This document shows, piece after piece, positions 1 to 9,516 of a stretch of 64,000 nucleotides of DNA. The notes beneath the pieces are model-generated. The model had not been told where the DNA came from. It worked only from the letters and a program-made list of their open reading frames with translations, and searched no databases. Every line of letters begins with the position of its first letter. Positions within the stretch are counted from its first letter, which is position 1. The DNA is from an uncultured Acidobacteriota bacterium (lineage in GTDB: Bacteria; Acidobacteriota; Vicinamibacteria; Vicinamibacterales; 2-12-FULL-66-21): NCBI GenBank assembly GCA_963717745.1, contig CAVQXJ010000011.1:127942-191941 (forward strand), in the 5' to 3' direction. The translations under genes and the position numbers were made by a program.

Positions 1-345
1 TCCAGCGACCACGCGCTGAAGGATCGCACCGCGATCGAGCTCAACGTGAAGATGGGCGCCGCCTATTTTCGGCAGGGTCGGGCGGACGAAGCCAGGCGGC
101 ACTTCGAGCGCGCGCGCAAGATGTTCGACAGCCTGGTCGGCAAGGGGGCCGATGATCCGTCCACCCGCTACTACATCGCCTGCCTGTACGCGCTGACCGG
201 CGATCTCGACCGCGCGTTCGACTCGCTGCAGCGGGTCGCCGCGAAGCTCCCGGCGCTGACCGCCGCGCGCGTCCGCCGCGATCCCGACGTCGAAGCGCTG
301 AAAGCCGATCCGCGCTTCCAGGCGATCGCGGAGCTTCAGGTGTGA
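1..345 (+). CDS. C-terminal part of a TPR-repeat protein (5' partial)
   Basis: Frame open from base 1; TPR-like helices (MGAAYFRQGRADEARRHFERA; YYIACLYALTGDLDRAFDSL) and a terminal DPDVEALKADPRF motif typical of TPR C-caps. Confidence 0.7.
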   Translation, partial: SSDHALKDRTAIELNVKMGAAYFRQGRADEARRHFERARKMFDSLVGKGADDPSTRYYIACLYALTGDLDRAFDSLQRVAAKLPALTAARVRRDPDVEALKADPRFQAIAELQV

Positions 346-1238
346 AGGACGTCATCATCGTCGGCGCCGGGCCTGCCGGACTGAGTGCGGCGCTGATGCT
401 CGGCCGGTGCCGGCGGTCCGTGGTCGTGTTCGACAATGGCAGCCCGCGCAACAAGCCCTCGCATGCGCTGCACGGCTATCTCACCCGCGACGGCATCCCG
501 CCGGCGGACTTCCTGAAGCTTGCCCGGCAGGAGATGGCGACCTATCGCACGGTTGAGCTCCGCGACGAAGTGGTGTCGGGCGCCGAGTGCCAGGCCGGGA
601 GCTTTCTCGCCACTCTCGCCTCAGGCGAACAGCTGCGCTCGCGCAAGCTGCTGATCGCCACCGGCGTCGTCGACAATCTCCCTGAGATTCCCGGGTTCCG
701 TGAGCTGTACGGCCGGAGCGTGTTTCACTGCCCGTACTGCGACGGCTGGGAACTGTGCGATCAACCGCTCGCCATCTATGGCCGCGGCGCCCGCGGCGTC
801 GGCCTGGCACTGGAGCTGACCCTCTGGAGCCGCGATCTGGTGCTGTGCACCGACGGTCCGTCCGAGATCGATCCGGAGGACCTGGGCCGGCTGACCCGCA
901 ACGGGATCGGCGTGCGGGAAGAGCGTGTGACCGCATTGGATGTTGCCGACGGCCGGCTCTCGCGCATTGTCTTCGACACTGCGGAGCCACTCGCCCGCCG
1001 TGCGCTGTTCTTCACCACCGGTCAGTATCAGCGTTCGGATCTGCTGGAACGGCTGGGTTGCAAGTTCAACGACAAGGGGACCGTGCGCACCGGGAAGTAC
1101 GAGACCACGCACTTGCCCGGGCTGTTCGTCGCCGGCGACGCGTCACGAGCGGTGCAGTGGGTGATCGTTGCCGCCGCGGAAGGCGCCGAAGCCGCGTTCG
1201 CGATCAATACCGACTTGCTGAAAGAGGACCTGAAGTAG
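342..1238 (+). CDS. NAD(P)/FAD-dependent oxidoreductase, thioredoxin reductase-like
   Basis: GAGPAG FAD motif, LLIATG, CPYCDG redox motif, GLFVAGD; GTGA overlap with upstream gene. Confidence 0.9.
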   Translation: MKDVIIVGAGPAGLSAALMLGRCRRSVVVFDNGSPRNKPSHALHGYLTRDGIPPADFLKLARQEMATYRTVELRDEVVSGAECQAGSFLATLASGEQLRSRKLLIATGVVDNLPEIPGFRELYGRSVFHCPYCDGWELCDQPLAIYGRGARGVGLALELTLWSRDLVLCTDGPSEIDPEDLGRLTRNGIGVREERVTALDVADGRLSRIVFDTAEPLARRALFFTTGQYQRSDLLERLGCKFNDKGTVRTGKYETTHLPGLFVAGDASRAVQWVIVAAAEGAEAAFAINTDLLKEDLK

Positions 1239-1674
1239 GCGGTCTCACGTCAGGAAGACCCGTCCCAGCTTGACCAGGATCTGCATTCGCCGCGTTTCCG
1301 CCTCGGCTACCCGCCGTCCGCGTCTGGTCACGCGGTAGTGTCAGTGTCGCAGCCAGCGCGAACGCCAGAATCGGTTCCCGCCGGTAGATTCGGACCGCGT
1401 GGCGGAGATCGGCGGCGCTGCCGTTCAGGCAGGCGCGATACGTGGCGGCGGCGCGCTCGGCCACGCCGACTCGCGCGATGTCGCCGCACGCCGCCGCCGT
1501 CAGCGTGACCGCAGCGCCGCGTCCCCGGCTCTCGACCGTGGCTTCGACGAGCTGCCGGAATGTGTCTGCCGATTCATCGCCGAACCGTTCACGGAAGCGG
1601 CGCGGCGCCAGCCGGGTGCACAGGCGATAGACCGCAGTCAGCAGGCGGATGGAGAACGATCTGCCGAGGGCCAT
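1204..1674 (-). pseudogene. Truncated N-terminal fragment of an ADOP-type ABC permease
   Basis: PRRFRERFGDE...DLRHAVRIYRREPILAFALAATLTL matches ADOP N-termini (compare DFRHAVRRLRQAPVFTLTAVLTLALG at 32070); similarity is lost after about 110 aa. Confidence 0.6.
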
Positions 1675-1681
1675 GACGGCG

Positions 1682-1710
1682 CGAACTATATTTCAAAAAA
1701 ATATAGTTCG
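1682..1710. promoter_or_regulatory. AT-rich palindromic operator-like site
   Basis: CGAACTATATTT-N5-AAATATAGTTCG, perfect 12-bp arms, directly upstream of the ADOP fragment start; contains TATAGT on the minus strand. Confidence 0.55.
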
Positions 1711-1736
1711 GCAAGGAGCAAATGCGACCGGTCGGA

Positions 1737-2231
1737 TCAGAGGCGGCTCTTGGGAACGAGGTCGTCCGACAGTCCGAAGAGATCGAGCGCATCCGGCTCG
1801 ACGAACACCCCGGCCTTCGGCGCGTAGGCGCGCCAGCCTTCCCGTTCCATGACTGCGCGCAGCAGTTCGACGGCGGTGTCCCCCTCCGCGGCGGCGACCG
1901 CGGTGTGGACCGGATTGCCGCGGCCCAGATCGATGGTCAGGCGGTAGTCGGTCTCGACGTAGTCCGCCTTGCCGTCGGCGTCGAACGAGATGCCCGGGGC
2001 CACGCCCTGGAGCGCCATGATCACTTCGTCGCGGCGCCCGAGCGGCGGCGCGTTCTCGATCTGTTCCACGCCGTCGCCCGGTTTGAGGTTGAGGAGCAGG
2101 AGTCCGCGGAGCCGCAGCGGCACGCGGACCTGTCCCGATGCCGCGGCTGCGCGTGGCGGCGCGGCCGGCGGCGCCGCTGGTACCGGTGGCGTTGCCTTCG
2201 CCTTGGATCGACGGAACCATAGAAGGCCCAT
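1737..2231 (-). CDS. Hypothetical protein
   Basis: ATG at 2231 preceded by TACAAT (6-nt gap); protein-like composition (MGLLWFRR...GWRAYAPKAGVFVEP). Confidence 0.65.
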   Translation of the reverse strand: MGLLWFRRSKAKATPPVPAAPPAAPPRAAAASGQVRVPLRLRGLLLLNLKPGDGVEQIENAPPLGRRDEVIMALQGVAPGISFDADGKADYVETDYRLTIDLGRGNPVHTAVAAAEGDTAVELLRAVMEREGWRAYAPKAGVFVEPDALDLFGLSDDLVPKSRL

Positions 2232-2327
2232 CGAGCGATTGTAAAGGAGTTCCGCTCCGCCACCACGGGCTGTTGAGTCGGTCGCGCGATACGGCACGAC
2301 CGAATGTGTATGTCATCATGATGAGCC

Positions 2328-3434
2328 ATGGCCCATCGGTTCACCGTTGGCGTGGAGGAAGAGTTCCAGATCGTCGACCCGAACACATGGGAATTGCGGT
2401 CGCACGTCAGCGAGCTGCTGGCCTCCGGTGCCCCGACGCTCGGCGAGCACATCAAGCGCGAGATGCACCAGTCGATCGTCGAGGTCGGCACCAAAATCTG
2501 CGGCGACATTGCCGAGCTTCGCGACGAAATCTTCCACATCAGGCGCGAGCTGGCCAGTGCGGCTGAACGCGTCGGCCTGGCCGTCGCGGCGGCCGGTACT
2601 CATCCGTTCTCGGACTGGAAGGATCAGGTCATCTCGCCGGGCGTCCGCTACGAGAGCATCGTCGAGGAGCTCCAGCAGCTGGCGCGATCGCTGCTGATCT
2701 TCGGACAGCACGTCCACGTCGCGGTCCCGGATCGCACGGCGACGATCGATCTGATGAACATGGCGCGCTACTTCCTTCCGCACCTGCTGGCGCTGTCGAC
2801 CAGCTCTCCGTTCTGGATGGGGCGGGACACCGGGCTCAAGTCGTTTCGCACCACCGTCTTCCGGCGGTTCCCGCGCACCGGCGTGCCCGATCATTTCGAC
2901 TCGTGGAGCGCTTACGAGGACTACGTGCAGATGCTGGTTGGCCTGCACTGCATCGAGGACGCGACCAAAATCTGGTGGGACGTGCGGCCGCACCCGAAAT
3001 TCGGTACCCTCGAGTTCCGCGTCTGCGACGTGACCACCAAGCCGGAAGCCGCGGTGATGATCGCCGCGCTCTGCCAGGCGATCATCGTCAAGCTGCACAA
3101 GCTCTACACTCGCAACCAGGGGTTCCGCCTCTACCACCGCGCTTTGATCGAAGAGAACAAGTGGCGCGCGGCGCGGTGGGGTCTCGACGGAAAGCTGATC
3201 GATTTCGGCAAGCGCGCCGAGGTCCCGATGCGGGACCTGGCGGTCGAGTTGCTCGAGTTCATCGACGACGTGGTCGACGAGCTCGGGAGCCGCGAGGCGG
3301 TCGAGTACGTGCACACGGTGCTGGCCGAGGGCACCAGCGCCGATCGTCAGCTGGCCGTCTACCGCCAGACGGGAGATATCAAGGCAGTGGTGCAGCACCT
3401 GGTCCAGGAAACCCGCGCCGGCGTCGAAGCGTGA
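2328..3434 (+). CDS. ybdK: Carboxylate-amine ligase, glutamate--cysteine ligase family 2 (YbdK/GCS2)
   Basis: FTVGVEEEFQIVD, AAGTHPFSDW, FGQHVHV, IWWDVRPHPKFGTLEFRVCD, ENKWRAARWG motifs. Confidence 0.9.
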   Translation: MAHRFTVGVEEEFQIVDPNTWELRSHVSELLASGAPTLGEHIKREMHQSIVEVGTKICGDIAELRDEIFHIRRELASAAERVGLAVAAAGTHPFSDWKDQVISPGVRYESIVEELQQLARSLLIFGQHVHVAVPDRTATIDLMNMARYFLPHLLALSTSSPFWMGRDTGLKSFRTTVFRRFPRTGVPDHFDSWSAYEDYVQMLVGLHCIEDATKIWWDVRPHPKFGTLEFRVCDVTTKPEAAVMIAALCQAIIVKLHKLYTRNQGFRLYHRALIEENKWRAARWGLDGKLIDFGKRAEVPMRDLAVELLEFIDDVVDELGSREAVEYVHTVLAEGTSADRQLAVYRQTGDIKAVVQHLVQETRAGVEA

Positions 3435-3443
3435 GGAGCAGCC

Positions 3444-4412
3444 GTGAAGATTGGATTGTTGTGCGGCCGTGAATACAGTTTTCCGCCGGCGTTCATCGAG
3501 CGGGTGAATCAGCTTGGGCAGTCGCACGGGATCACCGCCGAAATGGTGAAGTTCGGCGGCACCAGGATGGACGAGCCGCCGGAGTACGAAGTCATCGTGG
3601 ACCGCATCTCCCACGAGGTCGAGTACTACCGCGGCGCGCTCAAGCATGCGGTGCTGCACGGCGCCTACGTGATCAACAACCCGTTCTGGTGGACCGCGGA
3701 CGACAAATTCTTCAACTACGCGGTGATGCACAAGCTCGGGCTCGCGATCCCGCGCACCGTGCTGCTGCCGCAGAAGGGCTACCCGGCCGACGTCGACCTC
3801 ACGCCGGAGTCGCTGCGCAACCTGGTCTTCCCGATCGACTGGGACGGCCTGCTCGACTACGTCGGCCGCCCGGCGATCCTCAAGCCGTACTCCGGCGGCG
3901 GCTGGAAGCACGTCTACAAGGTGAACAACCGCGAGGAGCTGCTCGCGGCCTACGAGGTGACGTCCCCCTACCCGATGACGCTGCAGCAGTTCATCGATTT
4001 CGATCGCTACGTCCGCTGCTTCACCTTCGGCAAGACCGACATCACGCCGGTGGCCTACGATCCGCGGGAGCGCCGCTATCTCGTCGAGCACGAATACCTC
4101 AACGCCGGCCTGGGCGCGCGGGTGGTGCGGGACGCGCAGACCATCAACCTGGCGCTCGGATACGAGATGAACACCATCGAGTTCGCGATTCAGGACGATG
4201 TGCCGTACGCGATCGACTACCTCAACCCGGCGCCCGACTTCGAACGCGAGCGGATCACCGACTTCTACTTCCGGCATGTCGTGGAAAAGATGGCGCAGCT
4301 GGTCGTCGACCGCGCCCTGAACGGGCAGCCGTCGCAGTCGTGGCCGCGCTGGGAAGAGATGCTCGGCGCCGGCCCGGCCGGCGGCTACACCGGCGCCCCC
4401 GGCCTGCGGTGA
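3444..4412 (+). CDS. RimK-like ATP-grasp ligase
   Basis: VINNPFWWTADDKF, IPRTVLLP, ILKPYSGGGWKHVYKV, LQQFIDF, IEFAI...IDYLNPAPD; coupled to the GCS2 gene. Confidence 0.8.
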   Translation: MKIGLLCGREYSFPPAFIERVNQLGQSHGITAEMVKFGGTRMDEPPEYEVIVDRISHEVEYYRGALKHAVLHGAYVINNPFWWTADDKFFNYAVMHKLGLAIPRTVLLPQKGYPADVDLTPESLRNLVFPIDWDGLLDYVGRPAILKPYSGGGWKHVYKVNNREELLAAYEVTSPYPMTLQQFIDFDRYVRCFTFGKTDITPVAYDPRERRYLVEHEYLNAGLGARVVRDAQTINLALGYEMNTIEFAIQDDVPYAIDYLNPAPDFERERITDFYFRHVVEKMAQLVVDRALNGQPSQSWPRWEEMLGAGPAGGYTGAPGLR

Positions 4413-5989
4413 TGGATGCCGCCGCGGCCTGGACCGCGCTGCTCAGACCCGAGCGCGAGCTGACCCCGGAGTTCTGGGCGTCGTTCGCCGCGGCGATGCG
4501 TGAGCGGAAGCTGACCTTCGGCGATCGCGTCCATTGCTCGGTGCTGCGGCCGTTCTTCCTGACGGCCGCCGACGAGACCCGCATCCGAGCCGCGTCCGAA
4601 ACCATCGCCGCGATCGGCGAGCGGGTCGTCGCGGCGGCGATGGAGGACCGCCGGCTGCTGCGCGCGCTGGGAGTCACCGACGCCGAAGAGCGGCTGATCG
4701 GCCTCGATCCCGGCTATGCGCGGGCCAGCACCGCGTCGCGGCTCGACGCGTTCATCCTGCCGGATTCCCTGCACTTCGCCGAGTACAACGCCGAATCGCC
4801 GGCCGGTCCGGCCTATACCCAGCGGTTGTGCGAGCTGTTCGACGGCCTCGAGCCGATGGCCGCGCTGAAGCGCGAGGTGCACGTCACCCATCACCGACCG
4901 ATCCCGCCATTGCTGCAGGCGCTACTCGAGAGCTACCGCGAGTGGGGCGGTACCGCGTCGCCGCCGACGATGGCCATCGTCGACTTCCGCGGCGTGCCGA
5001 CGTGGGCCGAGTTCGAGCTGCTGAGAGACGCGTTCGTCGAGGCCGGCGTGCCCACCGTGGTCTGCGATCCGCGCGACCTCGTGTTCGACGGCGGCGTGCT
5101 GCGGGCCGACGGACGGGCGATCGATCTCGTCTACCGGCGGGTGCTCATCAACGACATCCTGGCCCGGCCGGACGACTGCGCAGCGCTGGTCGCCGCATAC
5201 GAAAAGCGCGCCGCCTGCGTGGCGAACACTTTCCGTTGCAAGCTTCCGCACAAGAAAGCGTTCTTCGCGGTGCTCACCGATCCGGTCCACGCCGCTCTGC
5301 TGTCTCCGGGCGAGCAGGCGATCGTGCGCGCCCACGTTCCGTGGACGCGGCTGGTGGCCGACGTCCGGACCGAGCGCGGCGGCGCCCAGGCGTCGCTGCT
5401 CGAGCTCGCGCGAACCGATCGCGAGCAGCTGGTGCTCAAGCCGAACGACGAGTTCGGCGGCACCGGCGTGATGCTCGGCTGGGAGGCGCCCGGGAGCGAA
5501 TGGGAAGCGGCCCTGCAGAAGGCCCTCGCGGATCCGCCGGGCACCTGGGTGCTCCAGGAACGGATCCCGGTGCGCCGCGAAGTGTTCCCCCACTTCGACG
5601 ACGCCGGGCGCGTGACGATGCGCGACATGCTGGTCGACCTCGCCCCTTACCTGTTCCGCGGCCGGCTGGGCGGGTATCTGACCCGCCTCAGCACCACCGG
5701 GCTGGCCAACGTCACTTCCGGCGGTGGGCAGGTGCCGGCGTTCGTGGTGGGGGCTGAGTCAAATCCCAAGCTCCAAATCCCAAATCCCAACCACTCCCAA
5801 CGCCCAACTCCCAACGTCCTAACTCCCAACGCCCAACGCCCAACGCCCAACGCCCAAACGCCCAACTCCCAACTCCTCTCGCCCAGCGCCTCGGAACTTG
5901 TCGTCGTTGGGAATTGGAGGTTGGGATTTCGAGTTGGGATTTGGAGCTTGGGAGTGGTTGGAGCTTGGAGCTTGGGATTTGGGATTTGA
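4412..5989 (+). CDS. Circularly permuted ATP-grasp protein (true end probably TGA 5755-5757; as given it reads through into a palindromic repeat)
   Basis: TGATG coupling at 4410-4414; [53 protein letters not shown] motifs. Confidence 0.8.
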   Translation: MDAAAAWTALLRPERELTPEFWASFAAAMRERKLTFGDRVHCSVLRPFFLTAADETRIRAASETIAAIGERVVAAAMEDRRLLRALGVTDAEERLIGLDPGYARASTASRLDAFILPDSLHFAEYNAESPAGPAYTQRLCELFDGLEPMAALKREVHVTHHRPIPPLLQALLESYREWGGTASPPTMAIVDFRGVPTWAEFELLRDAFVEAGVPTVVCDPRDLVFDGGVLRADGRAIDLVYRRVLINDILARPDDCAALVAAYEKRAACVANTFRCKLPHKKAFFAVLTDPVHAALLSPGEQAIVRAHVPWTRLVADVRTERGGAQASLLELARTDREQLVLKPNDEFGGTGVMLGWEAPGSEWEAALQKALADPPGTWVLQERIPVRREVFPHFDDAGRVTMRDMLVDLAPYLFRGRLGGYLTRLSTTGLANVTSGGGQVPAFVVGAESNPKLQIPNPNHSQRPTPNVLTPNAQRPTPNAQTPNSQLLSPSASELVVVGNWRLGFRVGIWSLGVVGAWSLGFGI

Positions 5990-5992
5990 CTC
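5756..5992. repeat. Heptamer-arm palindromic element, family A, copy 1
   Basis: GAGTCAAATCCCAAGCTCC...AACCACTCCCAA left arm; TTGGGAGTGGTTGG...GGGATTTGACTC right arm; 7-nt units TCCCAAA/CTCCCAA/CGCCCAA. Confidence 0.95.
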
Positions 5993-6005
5993 GTACAATC
6001 TGTAG

Positions 6006-7054
6006 ATGGTCTTTGGCCCTCCTCCGCAGGATTTGATGCCTGGCGCGCTGAACGCGGTCGGCATCTGTCTGGCCATCCAGCCGGGCGAGCGCGTGGCGCT
6101 GATCGCAGACGAGGCGAGTGGCGCGGTGGCGGCGAGTCTCGAGGCCGCGTTGACGCAGCACGAGGCGCGGACCGACGCGGTGCTCATCGAATCGGTCTCG
6201 TCGCGCCCGATGCTGAGCGCGCCGGCGCGGGTGCTCGAGGCGCTCGAGCAGGCGGATGCCGGCATTCTGTGCGTGCAGCCTCAGCAGGGGGAGCTTCCCG
6301 CGCGGATGGCGATCGTGGGGCTGGTGGAGCGGCGCCGCATCCGCTACGCGCACATGATCGGAGTCACGCCGCAGATCATGCGTGAAGGCCTGCGCGCGGA
6401 TTACCGGCTGGTCGATCGGCTCAGCCAGCAGTTGTGCGAACGGATGCGGACGGCGGTCACCCTCACCGTCAAGACCCCGGGCGGCACCGACTTCACGGCG
6501 ACCTTCAATCCGTCGCTGGCGTGGGTGAAGACCAGCGGGCTGATCAACCCGCGCTACTGGTCGAACCTGCCCGCCGGCGAGGTGTTCACCACGCCGGCCT
6601 CGGTGGACGGGACCTTCGTCTGCGACGGGACCGCCGGCGATTACTTCAACGGCAAATACGGCAGCCTCGAGGCCACGCCGCTGACCCTGGAAATCCGCGG
6701 CGGCCGGCTGGTCGACGCTCGCTGCGAGCGCCACGATCTGCAGCAGGACTTCTGGGAGTACTGCCACGCCGACGAGAACAGCAACCGCGTCGGCGAGCTC
6801 GCGTTCGGCACCAACTACGAGCTCCGCCGGATGATCGGCATCCTGCTCCAGGACGAGAAGTTTCCCGGGCGTGCACCTGGCCTTCGGTGATCCCTACGGC
6901 AGCCAGACCCACGCCGATTGGAAATCGAAGACCCACGTCGACGTGCTGACCCGCGACTGCAACGTGTGGATCGACGACGAACAGGTGATCGCCGACGGGG
7001 AGGTATCTGCTCGATCGCTTTGATCTGCGGGAGCCTTCGCTGACGCGGGTCTGA
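6006..7054 (+). CDS. Aminopeptidase, M29/AmpS-like (frameshifts near 6868 and 7000)
   Basis: [28 protein letters not shown] then shifted frame [26 protein letters not shown]. Confidence 0.8.
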
Positions 7055-7067
7055 GACGCGAGACCGT

Positions 7068-7344
7068 GGTCCGGTCCGCGGTCCGGGTCCGCGGTCCGGA
7101 AGTCAGGAATCAACCACGGTGGACTGGGCGTTGACCGATCGGTTCGACGGACTGGGCGCTTTCAGCGGCAACGGGCAACTCGATGGCCTGAGAGCTTTCA
7201 CAGGAGGGCCAGGAGATCAGGAAGAAAACATAAGTTCTTTCTCCTGAACTCCTGGCCCTCCTGTAAATGCTGGCGTCGCGAATGGCCCGGATCGCGTCTC
7301 CAAGCAGCAGGGGTGATTCGCCGGACTGCGGACCGCGGACCGCG
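7068..7344. repeat. Palindromic element with GGTCCGC heptamer arms, enclosing a family B palindrome
   Basis: Left GGTCCGCGGTCCGGAAGTCAGGAATCAACC vs right GGGTGATTCGCCGGACTGCGGACCGCGGACC (imperfect inverted repeat). Confidence 0.7.
7194..7267. repeat. Family B palindrome (CAGGAG about 9-nt units), empty copy
   Basis: GCTTTCACAGGAGGGCCAGGAGATCAGGA...TCCTGAACTCCTGGCCCTCCTGTAAA. Confidence 0.9.
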
Positions 7345-7353
7345 ACTGCGAAG

Positions 7354-8082
7354 TCACCACCACCCCACGTATTCCCTCAGCATCCGCTTCCAGTAGGGCC
7401 AGTCGTGCCCGCCCTCCGGCCCCCAATCGTCGACGTAGTGCCGGATCCCTTTGCGCGCGAGCACGCTCGAGAACGCGTAGGTGTGGCGGCTGTCTTCGAA
7501 TGGGCCGGAGCCGGTCACCAGCCGGATCTCGCAGCTCGCCAGCTGCTGCAGGTACCAGCCGTCGGTCATGTTGGCCATGTAGTCGACCGGGTTGTGGAAG
7601 TAGAAGTTGTCGTCGTAGAGCCCGTCCATGAACCGGCGCAGATCGTAGACGCCCGAGAAGCCATAGCAGCGCTTCACCAGGTGCGGATAGCGGAACAGCG
7701 TGTTGGCGGCGTGGTAGGCGCCAAGGGAGGCGCCGAACGTCGTGATCGGCACTCCCGGCGACTGGCAGTGCGTATGAACGAACGGCACGACCTCGTCGCG
7801 GATGTATTCGTCGAACATGCGCTGGCGCCAGCTGCGGTGGAACGGGTGCGCGGCCTTGTTGAGGAACGAGTCGTGGTTGTTCGAGCCGACGCAGAACACT
7901 TTGACGCGGCCGGCGTCGATGAAGTCGGCGATGGCGTCCAGCAGCCCCTGACGCTGCAGCTCCCATTCGTCGCCGTGACTGGTGGGAAAGGCCAGCATCG
8001 GCGGTCCCCAGTGGCCGAAGACCGCCACGCCCATGTCCCAGCCAAGCCGGGGTGAGTACCAGCGATGGTGCTCGATGTGCAT
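7354..8082 (-). CDS. Alpha/beta hydrolase, putative esterase
   Basis: FGHWGPPMLAFPT, GASLG nucleophile elbow, GHDWPYW catalytic His; ATG at 8082 after GATAAT. Confidence 0.85.
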   Translation of the reverse strand: MHIEHHRWYSPRLGWDMGVAVFGHWGPPMLAFPTSHGDEWELQRQGLLDAIADFIDAGRVKVFCVGSNNHDSFLNKAAHPFHRSWRQRMFDEYIRDEVVPFVHTHCQSPGVPITTFGASLGAYHAANTLFRYPHLVKRCYGFSGVYDLRRFMDGLYDDNFYFHNPVDYMANMTDGWYLQQLASCEIRLVTGSGPFEDSRHTYAFSSVLARKGIRHYVDDWGPEGGHDWPYWKRMLREYVGWW

Positions 8083-8098
8083 TGTGCGATTATCACTC

Positions 8099-9478
8099 GT
8101 GCTCCGGCTGCTCTTCGGCCCGCCTGAGTCGCCGATCGATCGGCGCACCTACCTGACCTACGGCGCGTCGCTGATGGCCCTGAAGTACGCCGTGGATGCC
8201 AGCGCGATCGCGATCTTCGCCGGCGTCTTCTGGACGCCCGCCGACTATCTGCTGCCGATGATCAGCTTCAACGCGGCGAAGATGGCGGAGTTCCCCGAGG
8301 CGCTGAACCTGTTTCTGCTGTTGTGGACGCTGCCGTTCCTCTGGATCGGCGTGGTCCTGAGCGCCCGCCGGGCGCTCGATGCCGACATCTTTCCCGGCGT
8401 CGTGGTGACCTTCTTCGTGCCGTTGCTGAACTACCTGTTGATGGCGCTGCTGGCGATCGCCCCGTCTCGTGCGCCACGCCCGCCCAAGGTGTTCGCCAGG
8501 CCGGAGCGGCCGCCCGAGCCCGGGCTCGCTCCCAGCGACAGCGGGCCGAGCACCACGTGGGGGATTCTCGCGGGTGCGGCGGCGGGCGTGTTCACCGTGG
8601 TCCTCGGCATCCTCGTCTTGAAGAGTTACGGCGCCGCGGTCTTTCTCGGCGCACCGTTCGTGGCCGGCATGATCAGCGCGCTGGTCGCCAACCGCATCGC
8701 GCCCCGCAGCCGCAGGCAGACGGTGTGGATTGGTCTGGCGGCGTTGGCGGCGATTGGCGGCGCCATCATCTTCTTTGCGATCGAAGGCGCCGTCTGCCTG
8801 GTGATGGCGTTCCCCGTCGCCGCGCCAATCGCGATCATGGGCTCGCTGACGGGACAGCTGCTCGCCCATCGGGAGCAGCCGCCGTCGCTGGGGCATCTCA
8901 CGCTGATCCTCATGGCGGTGCCGCTCGGCGCCGGAATCGAAGCCGCGATGCCAGCCAGCGCTGCTCGCATGGTGCTGACCTCGGTGGAGATCGACGCACC
9001 CGCGAGCACGGTCTGGCAGCATGTGGTGTCGTTCCGCGAGATTCAACGCCCGCCGGCGTGGTACTTCCGCTTCGGGCTGGCGTATCCGCTCCGCGCCCGC
9101 ATCGACGGCACCGGCGTCGGCGCGGTGCGCCACTGCGAGTTCACGACCGGCGCGTTCGTCGAGCCGATCACCGTCTGGGACGAGCCGAGGACGCTCGCCT
9201 TCGACGTGGTCCGTCAGCCGCCGCCGCTCCGGGAATGGAGCCCGTATTCCCGCGTCTATGCGCCGCATCTCGACGGGTTCTTCCGCACGTCGCGCGGCGA
9301 GTTCCGCTTGATCGCGCTGTCGCCGTCGCGGACGCGGCTCGAAGGACGCACCTGGTACTTCCTCGACATGCGGCCGTCGATCTACTGGAACGTGCTCGCC
9401 GACACCATCCTGCACGCCATTCATGAGCGCGTGCTGGAGCACGTCAAAGACGAGGCGGAGGCAGGAGGTAGGAGGTAG
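8099..9478 (+). CDS. Multi-pass membrane protein (DUF805-like N-terminus) with C-terminal SRPBCC/START domain; start uncertain
   Basis: Several TM segments, then TSVEIDAPASTVW, GVGAVRHCEFTTG, GEFRL, TRLEGRTWY, IHERVLEHVK. Confidence 0.75.
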   Translation: MLRLLFGPPESPIDRRTYLTYGASLMALKYAVDASAIAIFAGVFWTPADYLLPMISFNAAKMAEFPEALNLFLLLWTLPFLWIGVVLSARRALDADIFPGVVVTFFVPLLNYLLMALLAIAPSRAPRPPKVFARPERPPEPGLAPSDSGPSTTWGILAGAAAGVFTVVLGILVLKSYGAAVFLGAPFVAGMISALVANRIAPRSRRQTVWIGLAALAAIGGAIIFFAIEGAVCLVMAFPVAAPIAIMGSLTGQLLAHREQPPSLGHLTLILMAVPLGAGIEAAMPASAARMVLTSVEIDAPASTVWQHVVSFREIQRPPAWYFRFGLAYPLRARIDGTGVGAVRHCEFTTGAFVEPITVWDEPRTLAFDVVRQPPPLREWSPYSRVYAPHLDGFFRTSRGEFRLIALSPSRTRLEGRTWYFLDMRPSIYWNVLADTILHAIHERVLEHVKDEAEAGGRR

Positions 9479-9513
9479 GAGGTAGGAGACAGAAGACAGA
9501 AGACAGAAAACGG
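9461..9513. repeat. Heptamer tandem tract (TAGGAGG)x3 followed by (ACAGAAG)x3
   Basis: Read directly, between convergent genes. Confidence 0.85.
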
Positions 9514-9516
9514 CGT

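Noticed and set aside
5761-5880. Family A repeats as a CRISPR array
   Set aside because: Units are 7 nt, tandem and inverted, with no unique spacers; no cas genes in the window
5972-5999. Family A right end (TTGAC) as the -35 box of downstream promoters
   Set aside because: Spacing to the -10 box is far shorter than 17 nt and inconsistent between copies
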